A DNA stretch of 63,179 nucleotides, filler included, from Hyphochytrium catenoides (Eukaryota; Protista; Hyphochytriomycota), in NCBI GenBank assembly GCA_900088475.1. It is 5 parts of 5 records of this genome, joined end to end, with 100 filler letters (N's around TTAATTAATTAA, not from the genome) between each part and the next. Parts side by side here need not be neighbours in the genome. Positions count along the whole stretch, not along the records: positions 1 to 29,190 come from FLMG01004394.1; positions 29,291 to 42,217 come from FLMG01003620.1; 3 more parts are not named here. One strand, written 5' to 3'. The translations under genes were made by a program, and so were the position numbers. The notes beneath the pieces were generated by a model, which saw only the letters and a program-made list of their open reading frames with translations, made no database searches and had not been told where the DNA came from. This document shows positions 21,831 to 34,322 of the stretch, piece after piece (position 1 is the stretch's first letter; every line of letters starts with the position of its first letter).

Positions 21831-22457
21831 AGGTTAGCGTTCATCAATGCAGCTGATAATTACTTCTTGTATACGTGGTACTATCAAGCGTCGTTCTTGC
21901 AATCTCTAGTGACCCCAGAAAGCGAGATCCGACGGGCGAGGGTAACGGCACAGCGCTGAAGAGTGGCCTCAACGTTGAGTAAGCGCAGAAGAGTAGGCCC
22001 GGGACTCGGCGTCAAGGAGTGTCTCATTTCCAGAAATGAGGCTTCTCTTCTTTTCCCTCGTCTCGCTCTTTGTCTCCGCTCCCTCTGAAAGTGGTCTTAC
22101 AATCTTTTTTCTCTATTCCTTTCCACTTCTTCTTTGTTCTCTATTTATTATCTAAGAGGGGTTCCCGTTGCTGCTATTTTTGACAAGTCCAGCTCTACAT
22201 AATTCTTCTCTCTCAAGAAGCGTCGACAACAGGACGAACAAACCTGGTAAGTCTTCCTTCTGCCTGGCTCTCTTAAGGCAGAGACTTAGGGTGGACTTTA
22301 GGTTCGCCCTGAGGTGGCTATAACGCTGGTGCCTATAGTGCATGTAGGCTAATCCTAGCCCAGAATCTAATAAGCTGGTTCCAGACTGGCCCGGTAGGGT
22401 ACCTAGGATCAAGAACCTAGATTGTCATTTTCTAGGCTGGCAGGTAGATTGGCAGCC

Positions 22458-22606
22458 TCCATCCAGAGCTTAGTGAAGGCTTAGGGTTAGGCTAGGGCAT
22501 TGGCAGCCTCACCCAGCCTAGGCTTGCAGGTAATTTGGTAGCGTCATACATCCAGAGCTTAAGTGACGACTTAGGGTTGTGGCTAGGGCATTGGCAGCCT
22601 CACCCA
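22458..22606. repeat. Local ~60-bp direct duplication containing TTAGGG
   Basis: catccagagctta..ttagggtt..ggctagggcattggcagcctcaccca occurs twice. Confidence 0.75.
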
Positions 22607-23094
22607 AAGCTTATGGAAAGGCCGTCATCATGGATGGCTGTTAAGGCAGGTGATTACCCTTTCGCATTCTCTGCTGTATTTCTCCTTTTCCTCCTTGACT
22701 CACTTTGGCGCATCCCATCTCGATCCCCTCTTTTCAGTCTTTCTCTCCCTCTTTCTCCCTTCTTGTTGGTCTTCAAATTTTGCCAACAATAAGTCACTGC
22801 TCCCGGTTCCCTTTTGAATTCTCTGTCCTCTTGCTAACCCACCTGTCCGTCTCCTCCTCCTCCTCCTCTTCTCTCTGTGTCTCTCTGTGTCTCTCTCTCT
22901 TTCTCTCTATTCCTCTCTCTCTTTTTCTCTCTCTCTTTTTTTCTCTCTCTCTCTTTTTCTCTCTCTCTCTCTCTTTCTCTCTCTTCTCTGTCTCTGTCTC
23001 TCTCTCTTTCTCTCTCTTTTCTCTCTATATTCTCTCTCTATTCTCTCTCTTCGCTCTCTCTATACATATGTATTGTATTCCTCGGTTAAATATC

Positions 23095-23449
23095 GGGGAA
23101 GGAAGGTGGGAGGAAGTAGGTGTTCCTGACGCGGTTAGATGATGGGGCTGACCTCGCGCCTCAGTCTCAGCTTTGGTCGGTCAGCCTCTGCCGCCTGCCC
23201 ACACTTAGACACAGCGGCAACGGATAGGGGAGGTACAGCAGACTGCACCTATTCGGCGCATCAGGAACAGTCAACCGCGCGCCCGCCCTTTCTTCGCTGC
23301 GCTAAACCTATGGTAGAGGAGAGAGTACGTAGTTAATGTGTAGCCTGGGCGGTAAGGGTTAGTTAGCTTACTACTTGTGAGTTAGTCGTAGAGTTAGGAC
23401 ACGACGGCGATTACGAACGGGCCAAGAGCCTCCTTCGGCTTGACCCAGC
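23095..23449 (-). repeat. Dispersed repeat family A, copy 3 (inverted)
   Basis: Reverse complement contains ctatccgttgccgctgtgtcta, ggcggcagaggctga, gaggtcagccccatc and gctgggtcaagc..gaggctcttggccc as in copy 1. Confidence 0.7.
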
Positions 23450-24690
23450 TAGGCGGCAAGGAGAGCTCGCAGGCTAGTAATGTCCTGCGCCAGTTTGAGC
23501 CCCCCAGCCAGAGGATTATCATTCATCTGCATGCTCTGTCACCGTCATCCGGGTGAGCAGAAGGGAACCGTCTTTCTGCTATCCTGTCCTACTGCTAGTT
23601 TAAAAACGGCAGACCTTGCTTGCCTCCGCCGTTTGCTCTCTCTCTCTTGTCCGGTCGTACCTCCATTCTTCCTAGATGCTCTACCGGATGGGTCTTTCAC
23701 TTTTATCTAAAAGAGCTTAAATAGTACGCCGCCTTAGCCGGTTTTCTCCTTAAGTTCTCTGCTCTCCCTGCAATACTCTCTCTCAATATGATCGGACTAA
23801 ACAAACGCTATACGTTGCTCCCCTTCTTATTCTTCAAAAGCTCTCTCTCCGAGCTCTCATTCCATCTCGCATCTGCCTCTACTTCCCGTCTCCTATTATC
23901 TCTCAACTAGGCTGAGAACAGCGGCCCTCTAGTGCTGTCTATGAGTTAGCGTTTTAAGGCTATTTCTTGTTCACTCTTTCTCTCCTCTCTCTTTGTTTTC
24001 TCTCGCCTGTCTCACCCTGACTTCATCAGCCTCCATAACCTCTCTTCCTAGCTCAGCATGTCATCCCGGTTGGTATCGCAGATAGACCAAACTCTTCACT
24101 CTTTTTCTCAAGATTTGACTATTGCTGCTTACTGCTTCACCTCCTGATTGTACGACCTGTCCTTTGCCGTTCAGCTTCTTCCTCTCTCTAATTTCATTGT
24201 TCAGTTGCCCCGATTTCGGGGTTGCTCTTCACCCACGATGGTCAAGCCATTCTTCCTATCTTTTTTCTTGAATGGTTTCCTGCGCAAGGACTGGACCAAC
24301 AGCCACTAGTACAAAACAGCAGTCACCACCAGTATCTCAAAACCAGGTCTCACCTCGGCAGCCATCAGGGTTTTCAGAAAGAGTTGCAACTCAATAAGGG
24401 GTCAAGAGGCATCACTATTCGGAGAAGTTCGTCGTGAACAGCCACCTGTACCTCAGCAACACTCGATACCTCAACAAGCACCCCTAGCTTCTCGTCAGGA
24501 ACAACCACACCCTTACCAAGACCAGCCACTACCTCCTCACCAGGAGCAGCCTGCATCACATCACAAGAACCCTCAGATTGTCAGAAGCAGCAACCACCAC
24601 CAACGGCAGCAGCACCAGGACCATTTAGAGCCTGAAGCTTCTGAAACTCCCCCAAGTAGACTCTGAGGAAGCTTCTAACCCTAACCCTAA

Positions 24691-25018
24691 GCTCTTGGTA
24701 TTCTTTTGATGGGTTATAGAGTCATGGCCATATTGGGCAAGGACATCACCACTTTCAACTATCACCGCTTATCCTGCTCCGAGCTTGTTTCCGTCAACCA
24801 CTGTAGTCGTTGCCTCAATTCTGAAGCTTCCAGTTTCTTCCACACACTGTCAGGTCGGCGCCGTCCTTGGCCTTGGTATCGCTGCCGCCTTTTGCGTAAA
24901 GAAAGTTCAGTGGAGCCTTATGGGTAAAATCGTTGTTGCCTGGCTCTTCACTGTTTCTGCCGCTGCACTCGTCTCAGGTGTGCTATCTTGGCTTGTCCAG
25001 TTTGCCTTTAGGACTTAG
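24691..25018 (+). pseudogene. C-terminal fragment of a PHO4/PiT-family phosphate transporter, frameshifted
   Basis: ALGILLMGYRVMAILGKDIT, then a frameshift near 24790 to TTVVVASILKLPVSSTHCQVGAVLGLG...VQWSLMGKIVVAWLFTV, the PiT C-terminal signature (PVSSTH). No upstream part is present. Confidence 0.8.
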
Positions 25019-25139
25019 CAAGTTGTAGAAGATTGATTTTGCAGTAGATTGCTTGGACGGCCACCTTGCTAATAAGACACTCTCAGTAGAAGAGTAACAT
25101 GTTAAATCCAAAACATCTCTACCGGTCACCTAGTCTTCC

Positions 25140-26160
25140 AGCAAGAGGATGAGGGGCAGTAATATTGGATGGCGTTTAGCCAGGTAAATTAAGTTTGCAT
25201 CCTGGCACGACGTAGACTGACACAAAAAGTAGCAGGTCATATCTTACCATGAGAACTCTGATGGCAACTCAGGTTGGCACCTGCTAGGCTTTCACCTAAC
25301 TTGGTGAAACAGAATATCGTGTAGCCTAAGGATGGGACTTAGGATGGCCTCAAGAATAGCACCTTTTGGCTGGTACCTAGGCGTACCTCGGACTCCTTAT
25401 CTCTGTCAGTAGGCTGGCAACGAAGACTGACATAAAAGCTGGAACAATAGCTACTCAGTAGCTCTCGCGTGCAGGGTTATGGCACCTAGGCTGCTCATCG
25501 TCGGGTTTAGTGATCTAAAGTAATGTATATGTGTGACTCCTAAGGCTGGTTCTAGACTGATTCCAATGCTACTCATACGTAGAATCCATTAGTAAAAGTA
25601 GTACCTAGGTTGGCACCCATCCGAGCACCTACGCTGCCACCTACAGCCGGCGCATAAGGCTGGCATGAAGGCTGCTGGGACAAAGAACGGCACCAACATA
25701 GGCAATTAGGCTGACACTTGAGGTTGACCCCGGACTGGTACAATCTAGGTTGTTACCTAGGCTGGCTCTCGCCCCTATTCTGTTAGCTAGGGTGGCACCT
25801 ATGGGCCCTCGCATCAAGACTGGCACCGCAGAGTTGGTATCTACGCCGCGCCTAAGGTCTGCATAAAAGGCAACTCCCCAAGCCGGTATCAGGGCCAACA
25901 CTGAGTTGGTACCTACTAGGTTGGTGCCTCATCCGACGCCTCTGATAGACTAGAAGCTAGAGTAGTGCGACCTGTGACTTGCATCAGTACGTGCTTGACA
26001 GAGCTGGTAAATATATGTAGGCGGCTCCTGAGGCTGGACTCCAGGATCCTGTTAACTGGTACCTAGGGGCAGAGCGAGGCTGGCTCCTCGGGTGGCACCT
26101 AAACTGGCAACCTATGGCAGGCACCACTACTGGCGCCTAGCTGGTTCTTATGTTGGCTAC
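25140..26160. repeat. Second block of the degenerate GGCACC(C/T)AGGCT-like minisatellite
   Basis: Same motif as 20700-21830, including shared gaagactgaca and gtagactgaca submotifs. Confidence 0.6.
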
Positions 26161-26471
26161 GTAGACCTATATGAAAGACGGGTTGAATTTCTCACCTGCG
26201 TCCCTCCTCATCTTGCCCTCTCCTGGTCTCAAAACCCTTCTTATTCTGTTCTCTCTTGCCTCAATGGCTAGACAGCTCTTTGTTTCCTCCTCTTCGTTCC
26301 CGGCAAGCTTTCTGTCCTATACTTAGCATACTCTATCTCTTCTGTCTTTCCATCAGCCCTAGCCAACGCTTAGATAAACTCATCAACTTCTATTGGCCAC
26401 CTCTTGACTTTGCTCCCACCTTATCCAACCTGCCTCTCCCCTCCATCACTCTTCTTCGCTTGTTCCTCTCT

Positions 26472-26514
<43 letters not shown>

Positions 26515-29190
26515 CTCTCTCTCTGTCTCTCTCTCTCTCTTTCTCCCCATATACGTACCATATATACATGACGTAGCGTCTACTTTTTTCATTGATATTT
26601 ATTTTCCACTTCTTGCTCCAAGCATTCCCTCTCTTCCTACCGTCTCTCTCATGCTCTCACTCTGTCCTTCATCCTTCTAGTCAATTTCTCCATCTATCTT
26701 AATCTTATACTCTCCAAGAACGAATATTCAATTTATGTACCTCTTCTCTCTCTGTGGTTCTGTCACCCAAATTTAAGTCGCAGCCTTCTTCTTTATTCTA
26801 GCCTACTTTTCCACCCTTTCCCAGCTAAAGTCCCAGGCGTACCTAACGTCAGTATTCGCCTCTAACCTCATCAATTCTCTCTACAGCGGCTTCCGATATA
26901 GCACTCTTTTTGTCTGCTCTCCTATGCACAGGTTCTTAGTGCTATTAGCATTTCCTTAGTCTCCTTCATCTCTGAAAGAGCACATATCTCATCCTCATCT
27001 GCAATCTACATCGTCGTTAGTAAAGTTTATCTCTGACTAGCGTTACTCGGGTGATCAAGAGTTGCGTGAAAGGATCTCATGGACAGACTCAGAGACTGAA
27101 GAACGAGACCAGCAAAAAACAGGAAGCTCTGCACCGACAACTAGGAACCTGTTGCAAGCTGAAAAGCTGAGGGGAAGGAAACCGGTAGCGACAGGAAGAT
27201 AAAGGATCAGAGGGTAATAGGTTTACGTAGCCAAGAAGCGAGGAGGGAGCACTCTTCCGGCGTTATGGGATGATACCATGCTGATGATGTCTGATAGGCA
27301 TATTAAGTATTTCGTACCTACCGTTGGTCCCAACGTATTACTTCCCGCAGCATTTCCCAGTCTCTTCCTTTACACCGCTTTCGGAGCAACAAGGTGATGT
27401 TTTCCCGAGAACCTCTTCCTCCTTGAACTGGCGATAGCTTTTGTATTCCAGCTCGTATAGCTACAGTGCCCTGCTTTTCATGCTATCCCTCAAATCTGCG
27501 TCCTCTTCTCTTTTTTCATCAAAAACATTGCCTGGAGCTCATGAGCCTCTTCGGTCAATGCCCGTGCATCCGAGAAAAAGGAGGGGGATGAAAGGAGGGA
27601 GGAAAGCTTCGCGGAGACATCTTCAGCAAGAATCCTGCAAGCAGGTAATTGAGACGGCAGAAGGGGTCTGTCCTCTCCAGCGCGCGTCGGACAAAGGAGA
27701 GCGAATAGAAGCAAACGCAACCTACCTTCTCTATGTTGCCTGTGCCATGAACCCAACCTTCTCTCTGCTGGAGAAGTTCCAAGCATACCCTATCTAATCA
27801 CTGCAATAACCAGGAAGAGCGAGAGAGAGAGATAGAAAGAGAGAAGAGATTGAAGACAGAAGGGAGTGAAGTGGATGAAGGAGCCAGAGGAAGAAATTAA
27901 TAAAAAGAGAAGAATGGAAAGAGGTATGTATGGAATGCAAGGCAGTCAAAGGAAAGACCCCCAGAGCTATGAGGGAGGAAGGGAGGAAAAAGAGGGAGAG
28001 GAGGGAACTCAGAAGCTCCTCTCGCTTATGAAGAGGGAGTAGGGTATTGTTTCTCTCTGCTCTCGTCAACGGCCTTAAGATAAGAGGACATCTTCTCCAC
28101 GTTGAGGCACTTCTTGCTCTTTTAACGGTACCACTCAGGAGATACAGTGGCCATCTGTTCTCTGCTCTCTCTGTCCCTCTATCGTTCTCGCTCCTACTTT
28201 CTGATGCGCTCCTTGCTTAGGAAGAGGGAGTGGGGTAGTGTTTTTCTCTGCTCTCGTCAACTGTTTAAGACAAGAGAATGACAAGTTCTCATTTCATGTC
28301 TAACCAGAATTTCTAGCGATAACGGTCAGGGAGACACAGGGGATGTCCTCTGCTTCTGGTTCTCTATCTCTCTGTTCTTCTCTTGTCCTCTATTCTTCTC
28401 GCTCCTTCTGATGCTCCTTGTTGGCTTTCTCTTCTTGTCCCTCTATCGTCTATTAAATGAGGGAGAATACGGAAGGTTGTGTGTGTTTTTTTACACGAAG
28501 AAAGAAATCGAAATAAGAATAGGAGAGAAGGACAATTGATAATGGGGACCTCTCTTCCGTCCCTCTCTCTCTCTCTTCACGATTCTCCTTTCTTTTCCCC
28601 ACCATTCCTTCTTGTTTGAACCACTATGTTCTATTCTTGAGTACGGCTACGCTCGATCTGTCTACTTAGGATTCTCTAGTCATTGATAGCCTTGTCCAGC
28701 ACTTGCTTTCCTGCTGGACTATAACCTGGAACAACAGTAAGGCGCAAGTCTCCAGGTGGAACGCACGGCAAACGCTCGACGGTGTAGCGCTGAAGGAAGG
28801 TGGAGAGATCTGAGATCTGCTTGTCATTCAAAGACGCACCTTTCCTGCAAGTTGGTTTGAGGGCATACACTCAATGCAGTACAAGACTGTTTCCGGCTGC
28901 CTTGGATCTTTTTAACCTAACATGGCCCCGCACACCTTGCAACCGGAACAGATACTGCTTGCAGCTCCACACTAGTCTTCAAAGCATTTGTCAAGCTCTG
29001 CAAGTCTATCTGCTGAATGTTGATAAGAAAGGGAGCTTTTATCAAGGTTTTGGAAGCTAATGAGGACGGGAGTTGTTGCCAGGAGGGAAAGAGCACCAAC
29101 AATATTTGTCCGGAGGATGGATATCGCGAATAGGGGTAGATGTAAGGAATGGGACTGTGGTCTAAGGGGAAAATCTATTAATGAGAATGA

Positions 29191-29290
29191 NNNNNNNNNN
29201 NNNNNNNNNNNNNNNNNNNNNNNNNNNNNNNNNNTTAATTAATTAANNNNNNNNNNNNNNNNNNNNNNNNNNNNNNNNNNNNNNNNNNNN
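29191..29290. other. Artificial contig spacer N44-TTAATTAATTAA-N44
   Basis: Identical 100-nt structure occurs four times; TTAATTAATTAA gives stops in all six frames. Confidence 0.95.
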
Positions 29291-29726
29291 CCTGCCTCTT
29301 CCTCTTCTACTTACTCCCTCTTTTTATCTTTCCCCCTCTAACAAGTATCCGACTCTCTTTCCTCTCTCCTCTCTCTATCAATTCATTCTCTTCCCCATAG
29401 TGATCCCTTCTTTTCTTTTCTGCAATCCTCTCCCTTTCGCAAGTTTACCTCTCTCTCTCTCTCTCTCTCTCGTCTCTCTCTCTTATGCCTATCTCTTTAT
29501 CATTCAAGGTCTTCCTCTCTCTCTCTCTCTCTCTCTCCTCTTTTTCTCTCTCCCTCACCTTTCTCTCTCTCTTTCTCTGATGGCTATCGTTCCCCACGCA
29601 TTCCCAACTCTCTCTCTCTCTCTCTTCTTTCTCTCTCTCTTTCTCCTTCTGTCTCTTTCTATATAAACTATCCTTCTCTACGCATTCCCAACTCTCTCTC
29701 TCTCTCTGTCTCTCTCTCTCTCTCAC

Positions 29727-29901
29727 CTCTGCGATCCTGGTAGCGAGAGAGAGGTCGACGAGGTTGTCCTCAAAGTAGACTTTAAAGCCTCCGATGATGG
29801 AAGGATCCACCTCCACCTCGTACTCCAGAGTCTGCCACTCTTCCAAATATTTCTCTCCGATCGTTGACGCGATCTTCTCCACATCTTCCGCAGAGCGCTC
29901 C

Positions 29902-29942
<41 letters not shown>

Positions 29943-32312
29943 ATAGAATCAAGGGAAAAGAGCAGGTAAGAGCAAGGGGAGAGAAACAATGGTGCAAGGA
30001 TAAGGGAAGAAGACAAGGAGGAGATCCGAAGAGGATGGAAATATATAAAGAGAGAGAGAGAGAGAGAGAGAAGGAGAGGGAAAGAAGAAGAGATAACTAA
30101 TTGAATGTATCAAGAGAGAGACAAACAGAGCGAGTCGGCCAGCACTAAGAATAAAGGAAAGAATGGGAACAGAGAAAACGCAACTTTTTTAGAGGAAAGA
30201 GAAGGAAAAGGAAGGTCCCTCACTAGGAATGAGAAAAGAGAACGAGGGGAAGAGAGAAAAGGAGAGAGAGAGAAAGAGAGACAAAGAATGAAAGAGGCAA
30301 GAAGGGTCTAACAAAATGTGAAAGGGAGGAAAAGTCGGACAACTTCTCAAAAAGTGTAAAGGTAAGAATTAGAAAAGGACCTAAAAAAAAAAGAGAGAGA
30401 GAGAGAGAGAAGAGTGAGACAGTAAGAGCAAAGGGGGAGAGACACTATCAAAGGAGCCAGCTCTAAGAGAGAGTTGACTAAAAAGAGAGAGCCGATAAAG
30501 AGAGAGAGAGAGAGAAACAGAAAGACACAGAGCGCGCAAGACAGCCCGCCAAAGACAGAGAGAAACCACAAGAGAGGGAGAGAGAGAGAGACTTCTCTCT
30601 TCCTCTTTCTAACTTCCTCACCTCTGCAAGAACAATCTTAGCATCCACAATGCCTTCATCGGCCTTCACGAGCTCCTCAAAGAGCTTAAAGACCTGACGA
30701 TACTCCTGCATTCTTCCATTCTCTATCAAGGTAGAGAGAAAGCCTGAGAATAATTCGCTCAGTTCAATTTCTTGGGCTAACTCGCGGAACTCTTTAAGTT
30801 TCTCAGCCGTGGCGACGGTCGGGTTGAGAATCTCTTCCTGGATGTCAATGCGCTCATCCAGAGCAGCGATAAAGGCCTGGAAGAGAGAGAGAGAGAGATT
30901 AAAGGAATAAAGAGAGAGAGAGAGAGATTAAAGGTTGCGAGAGACAGGGGCAAAGAGAGAGAGAAAGGAATGAAGGGAGAGACGTGAAGCTATGAGATGT
31001 TCGAAGGATTTAAAAAAGATGGCAACCATAAAGAAGAGGAAGAAGAGACAACCGGAGAGAGAGAGAGAAAATGAGAAAGAAGAGAGAGTCCCAAAAAGAA
31101 AGAAAGAGAGAAAGGGGGAGATATCGAATAACAAGAGGAACGAAGGTCTGCATCAGGCATATATAAAGAGAAATGGCAGAGGGGCGGGAGAAGCGCAGAG
31201 GAGAGAAGAAAAGAATGCAGACGAGGAGAGAGAGAGAGACAGAGAGAGAGTGTGTTACTTCTTCCTCTTCTCCCTTACCTCATACTCCGCATAGACTTCC
31301 TGGACCCGGTCCGCATCAGCTGCTGCCAAGTAAAGAGCAGAAGCATAACGACCGTGGATGCCGTACACCTTGGTGGGAAGCTGAGAGAGAGAGAACGAGA
31401 GAGAGAGGAGAGAGAGAGAACGAGAGAGAGAGACCACGACAGAGAGAGAGAAAGAGAGAGGTTAAGTGATATAGAACTGGCACTTCCTTGTACTTCACCC
31501 TCTTCTCTCTTTTCTCTTTCTCTGTCATTCCTATCTAGCTTTGGCTCCCTCCGCAAACAACCGCAACCACTTTGTCTCTCTCTCTCTCTCTTTTTCTCTC
31601 TCTCTCTCTTTGACTTACCTCTGAGTTGACACCAACATCGAAGTCCATCTCATCGTCCAAATCATCCGCGTTTCCTGAGGAGCCTCCTACGGCGCTGCCA
31701 GGAGACATTGGAGCCGTTCCTCTGTCCGTAGCATTGGGATTCCCAGAGAGACCAGACTGGAAGCGACGAGGGAGGAGAGAGAGCTGACGAGAGAGAGAGG
31801 GAGAGAAGAGAGGGTCAGCCATGGCTTTGTTCAATGGAGTAGTGGAGAGACAGAATGAAGAGGTGAAAAAGTGAGGAGAAGGGGAGAGAGAGTGAGAGAG
31901 AGAGAGAGAGAGAGAGAAAGAAAGAGCAGATACTGAGAGAAAGAGACAAGTACCCAGGAGAGAGTGGCAGAGAGAACTAGGAAAAAGGTGATAATTGGAG
32001 ATGCATGACGAAAGTGGTGTTCTTAAGAGCATTAGGAAGAGGGAGAGAGAGAGAAAGAGAGAAAGCATAACCACAAGATGATCATTGCTCCGAAAGAGCA
32101 TAGGAGAAGAAGTAAGAGAGAGACATATGGAGAAGCAAAAGAGGAGAAAAGAGAGAGAGAAGTCCGAAAAGAGGGAGACATTGAGAGAGCGGCAATGGTC
32201 TAACACTTCTTACCGCAGGTTTGGCCCCAGAGAGAGCTACAGTCTGGGAAGGAGCGACAACGGCGGCGCGCTTGGCGGCGCGAGCCACGACGGGAAGAAC
32301 TTTACGGAGCAT
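29727..32312 (-). CDS. ATP5PO: Mitochondrial ATP synthase OSCP (delta family) subunit; exons 32312-32214, 31783-31619, 31380-31279, 30876-30622, 29900-29727; last exon not found in this contig
   Basis: Five exons joined by phase-0 GT-AG introns. Basic presequence MLRKVLPVVARAAKRAA; OSCP motifs VYGIHGRYASALYLAA, LIENGRM, EVDPSIIGGFKV and VDLSLATRI. Confidence 0.9.
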
Positions 32313-33466
32313 GTTTGTGCCTCAATAGCCTGAGAATGAGCGCATTAGTGTCTCTCTCTCGCTCCTCTTTCTCTCTCTCTCTTCATGCCGGCATACACAA
32401 GGGTCCAAAAGACAGTCTCTTCACCACCTTCTCTGTCCATATTTTGCCTGTGAGTCTGCACCCTCTCTTCTCTCGGTCTTTAAAGCCCTAGCCTTGTAAA
32501 GGGCTAGACTATCCTTACCGCTAGCGCCGCGAGCTTCAGATCCGTCAATAGAGATTCTGAGAGTGAAGATCTGAATTTCCAGATGAAGATTTTCCCAGAC
32601 GCCACCTCGGACGGAGACAGAACGAGAGAGAGATTTGTCATGCTAAGGCAATTGCTTATAGTTCATATCTAATTGTGGCATATCCGATGTGAGACAGATT
32701 AAAGTGAGAGATGGATCTAGCCTCCCTATCCTTGTCCGAATAGAGCGCAAACTTGTGAGCCAGAGACTGGAAGAGATATCTCATAATCACAATAATTCGG
32801 TACTACCAGAAATCAGAGTGGGCTAGAGATATTAGGGTACTAGAGAGACATGAACATGAGGGAAAGAGCGACATCGCAAGAGCCAGCAGCTTTGCAGGGA
32901 CGTAGTAATGCCAAATAATATTCAATGTCTATATAGTTTACGGTATAATATTCGATAGTAATATGTCCACAAGGCTACAATAATACCTACTTAGGACTCC
33001 GAGAAACTGTGTCTGGAACCTCTAGGTTCGGGACACAACTATCAATTTATAGCTTCCGAAGAGAAGAAAGGAATATCGGACTTCCCAGCAAGTCAGTTCG
33101 ATCTACTCCTGGGGGATGTACAGATCCGCACCTCTAAGGAATAGACGGAATGGAGGAAGATTTGCTGCGACAATAAACGGACTATAAGTCATCCTTAGAT
33201 TCCCTCTCCAATACTATGAAGAAATAGTGTACCTGCTATAGCTGCACGCCTTTAAAAAATACGACATGATGAGGAGGTATGAATCAGTGTGCGGATAGGA
33301 TGTGCGCACGCACCTATTTGGTAGTTAGTTCCTCTTATAATTGATCCGTAAATTGAAAATGAGCGCACCATTATCAATTGGTTTCTGGCTATTGCCTCTA
33401 CCTACCTTCACTTCATGCGCTCTCTCTTGTTCTCTGTTTCTCTTTCTCTCTCTATTTATCTCCCTC

Positions 33467-33497
<31 letters not shown>

Positions 33498-33706
33498 TCT
33501 CTCCTCTCCCTGTCTGATGTTTAAGATGTATTACTCGCGTGGTAGTCACAACAGGCGTTGAATTGTCTACCTATCTTTGCAGTCATCTGAGAGATAGATA
33601 GGAAATCATCATGAATCTTTGTAGTCATCTTCTTCTCTTCGTGGTGCTATCTAGCATGTTCTTGGAGGCTACCCTTTCCGTCCTCCTCCTGTTGTCCACC
33701 CAGCTT

Positions 33707-33842
33707 ACACTGGTGAATAATCTCTTCTTCTTCCTTTCCCTGCTGTATAAATTACTCTTTCTTTCATGGTGATACACTGGTGAATAATCTCTTCTTCTTC
33801 CTTTCCCTGCTGTATAAATTACTCTCTCTTTCGTGGTGATAC
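33707..33842. repeat. Tandem duplication of a 67-bp unit
   Basis: acactggtgaataatctcttcttc...tggtgat repeated twice with two mismatches. Confidence 0.9.
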
Positions 33843-34322
33843 TTTTATATCATCTTTCCGTTCCCTCTCTTCTTCTATTCTTAGTCCTTCTCCTTTCTCT
33901 CCTCTTTTCTCTTAACTCTTTCTTTGTCTCTCTCTCTTATTAATATTTGACGTCAGCATCTCTCTTTTCTTCTATGTCTTTTCTGACTCCTCCTGCCAAA
34001 CAAAAAGATCGACAGCATCATAATAAACTTTTATCTTTATTTTCCCTTGTCGTCGCCCTCTCCCATCTTTATCTTCTTTTTATGCTCCATTTTTTCCTTT
34101 CTTCTTTTTACCAAATAATAACTCTTTTCCCATGTTTTATTAGGCTTTTTTATAATTATATATTTGTTGAAACGATCTTTGTTATGTTGCAACCATCATT
34201 TTATTCAATATTATTTGAGAAGGAAGAATAATAATAGGAGGAAGGAAACGAAGAAGTGAAGACAAAGGAAGAAGAAAGTATTACCAAGGGAGAGAAGTAC
34301 TTTTAGCCTTTATTTTGTTATT

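Noticed and set aside
28676-29190. Possible transposase C-terminus (LNDKQISDLSTFLQRY)
   Set aside because: Only a vague resemblance, with stops, and truncated by the contig end.
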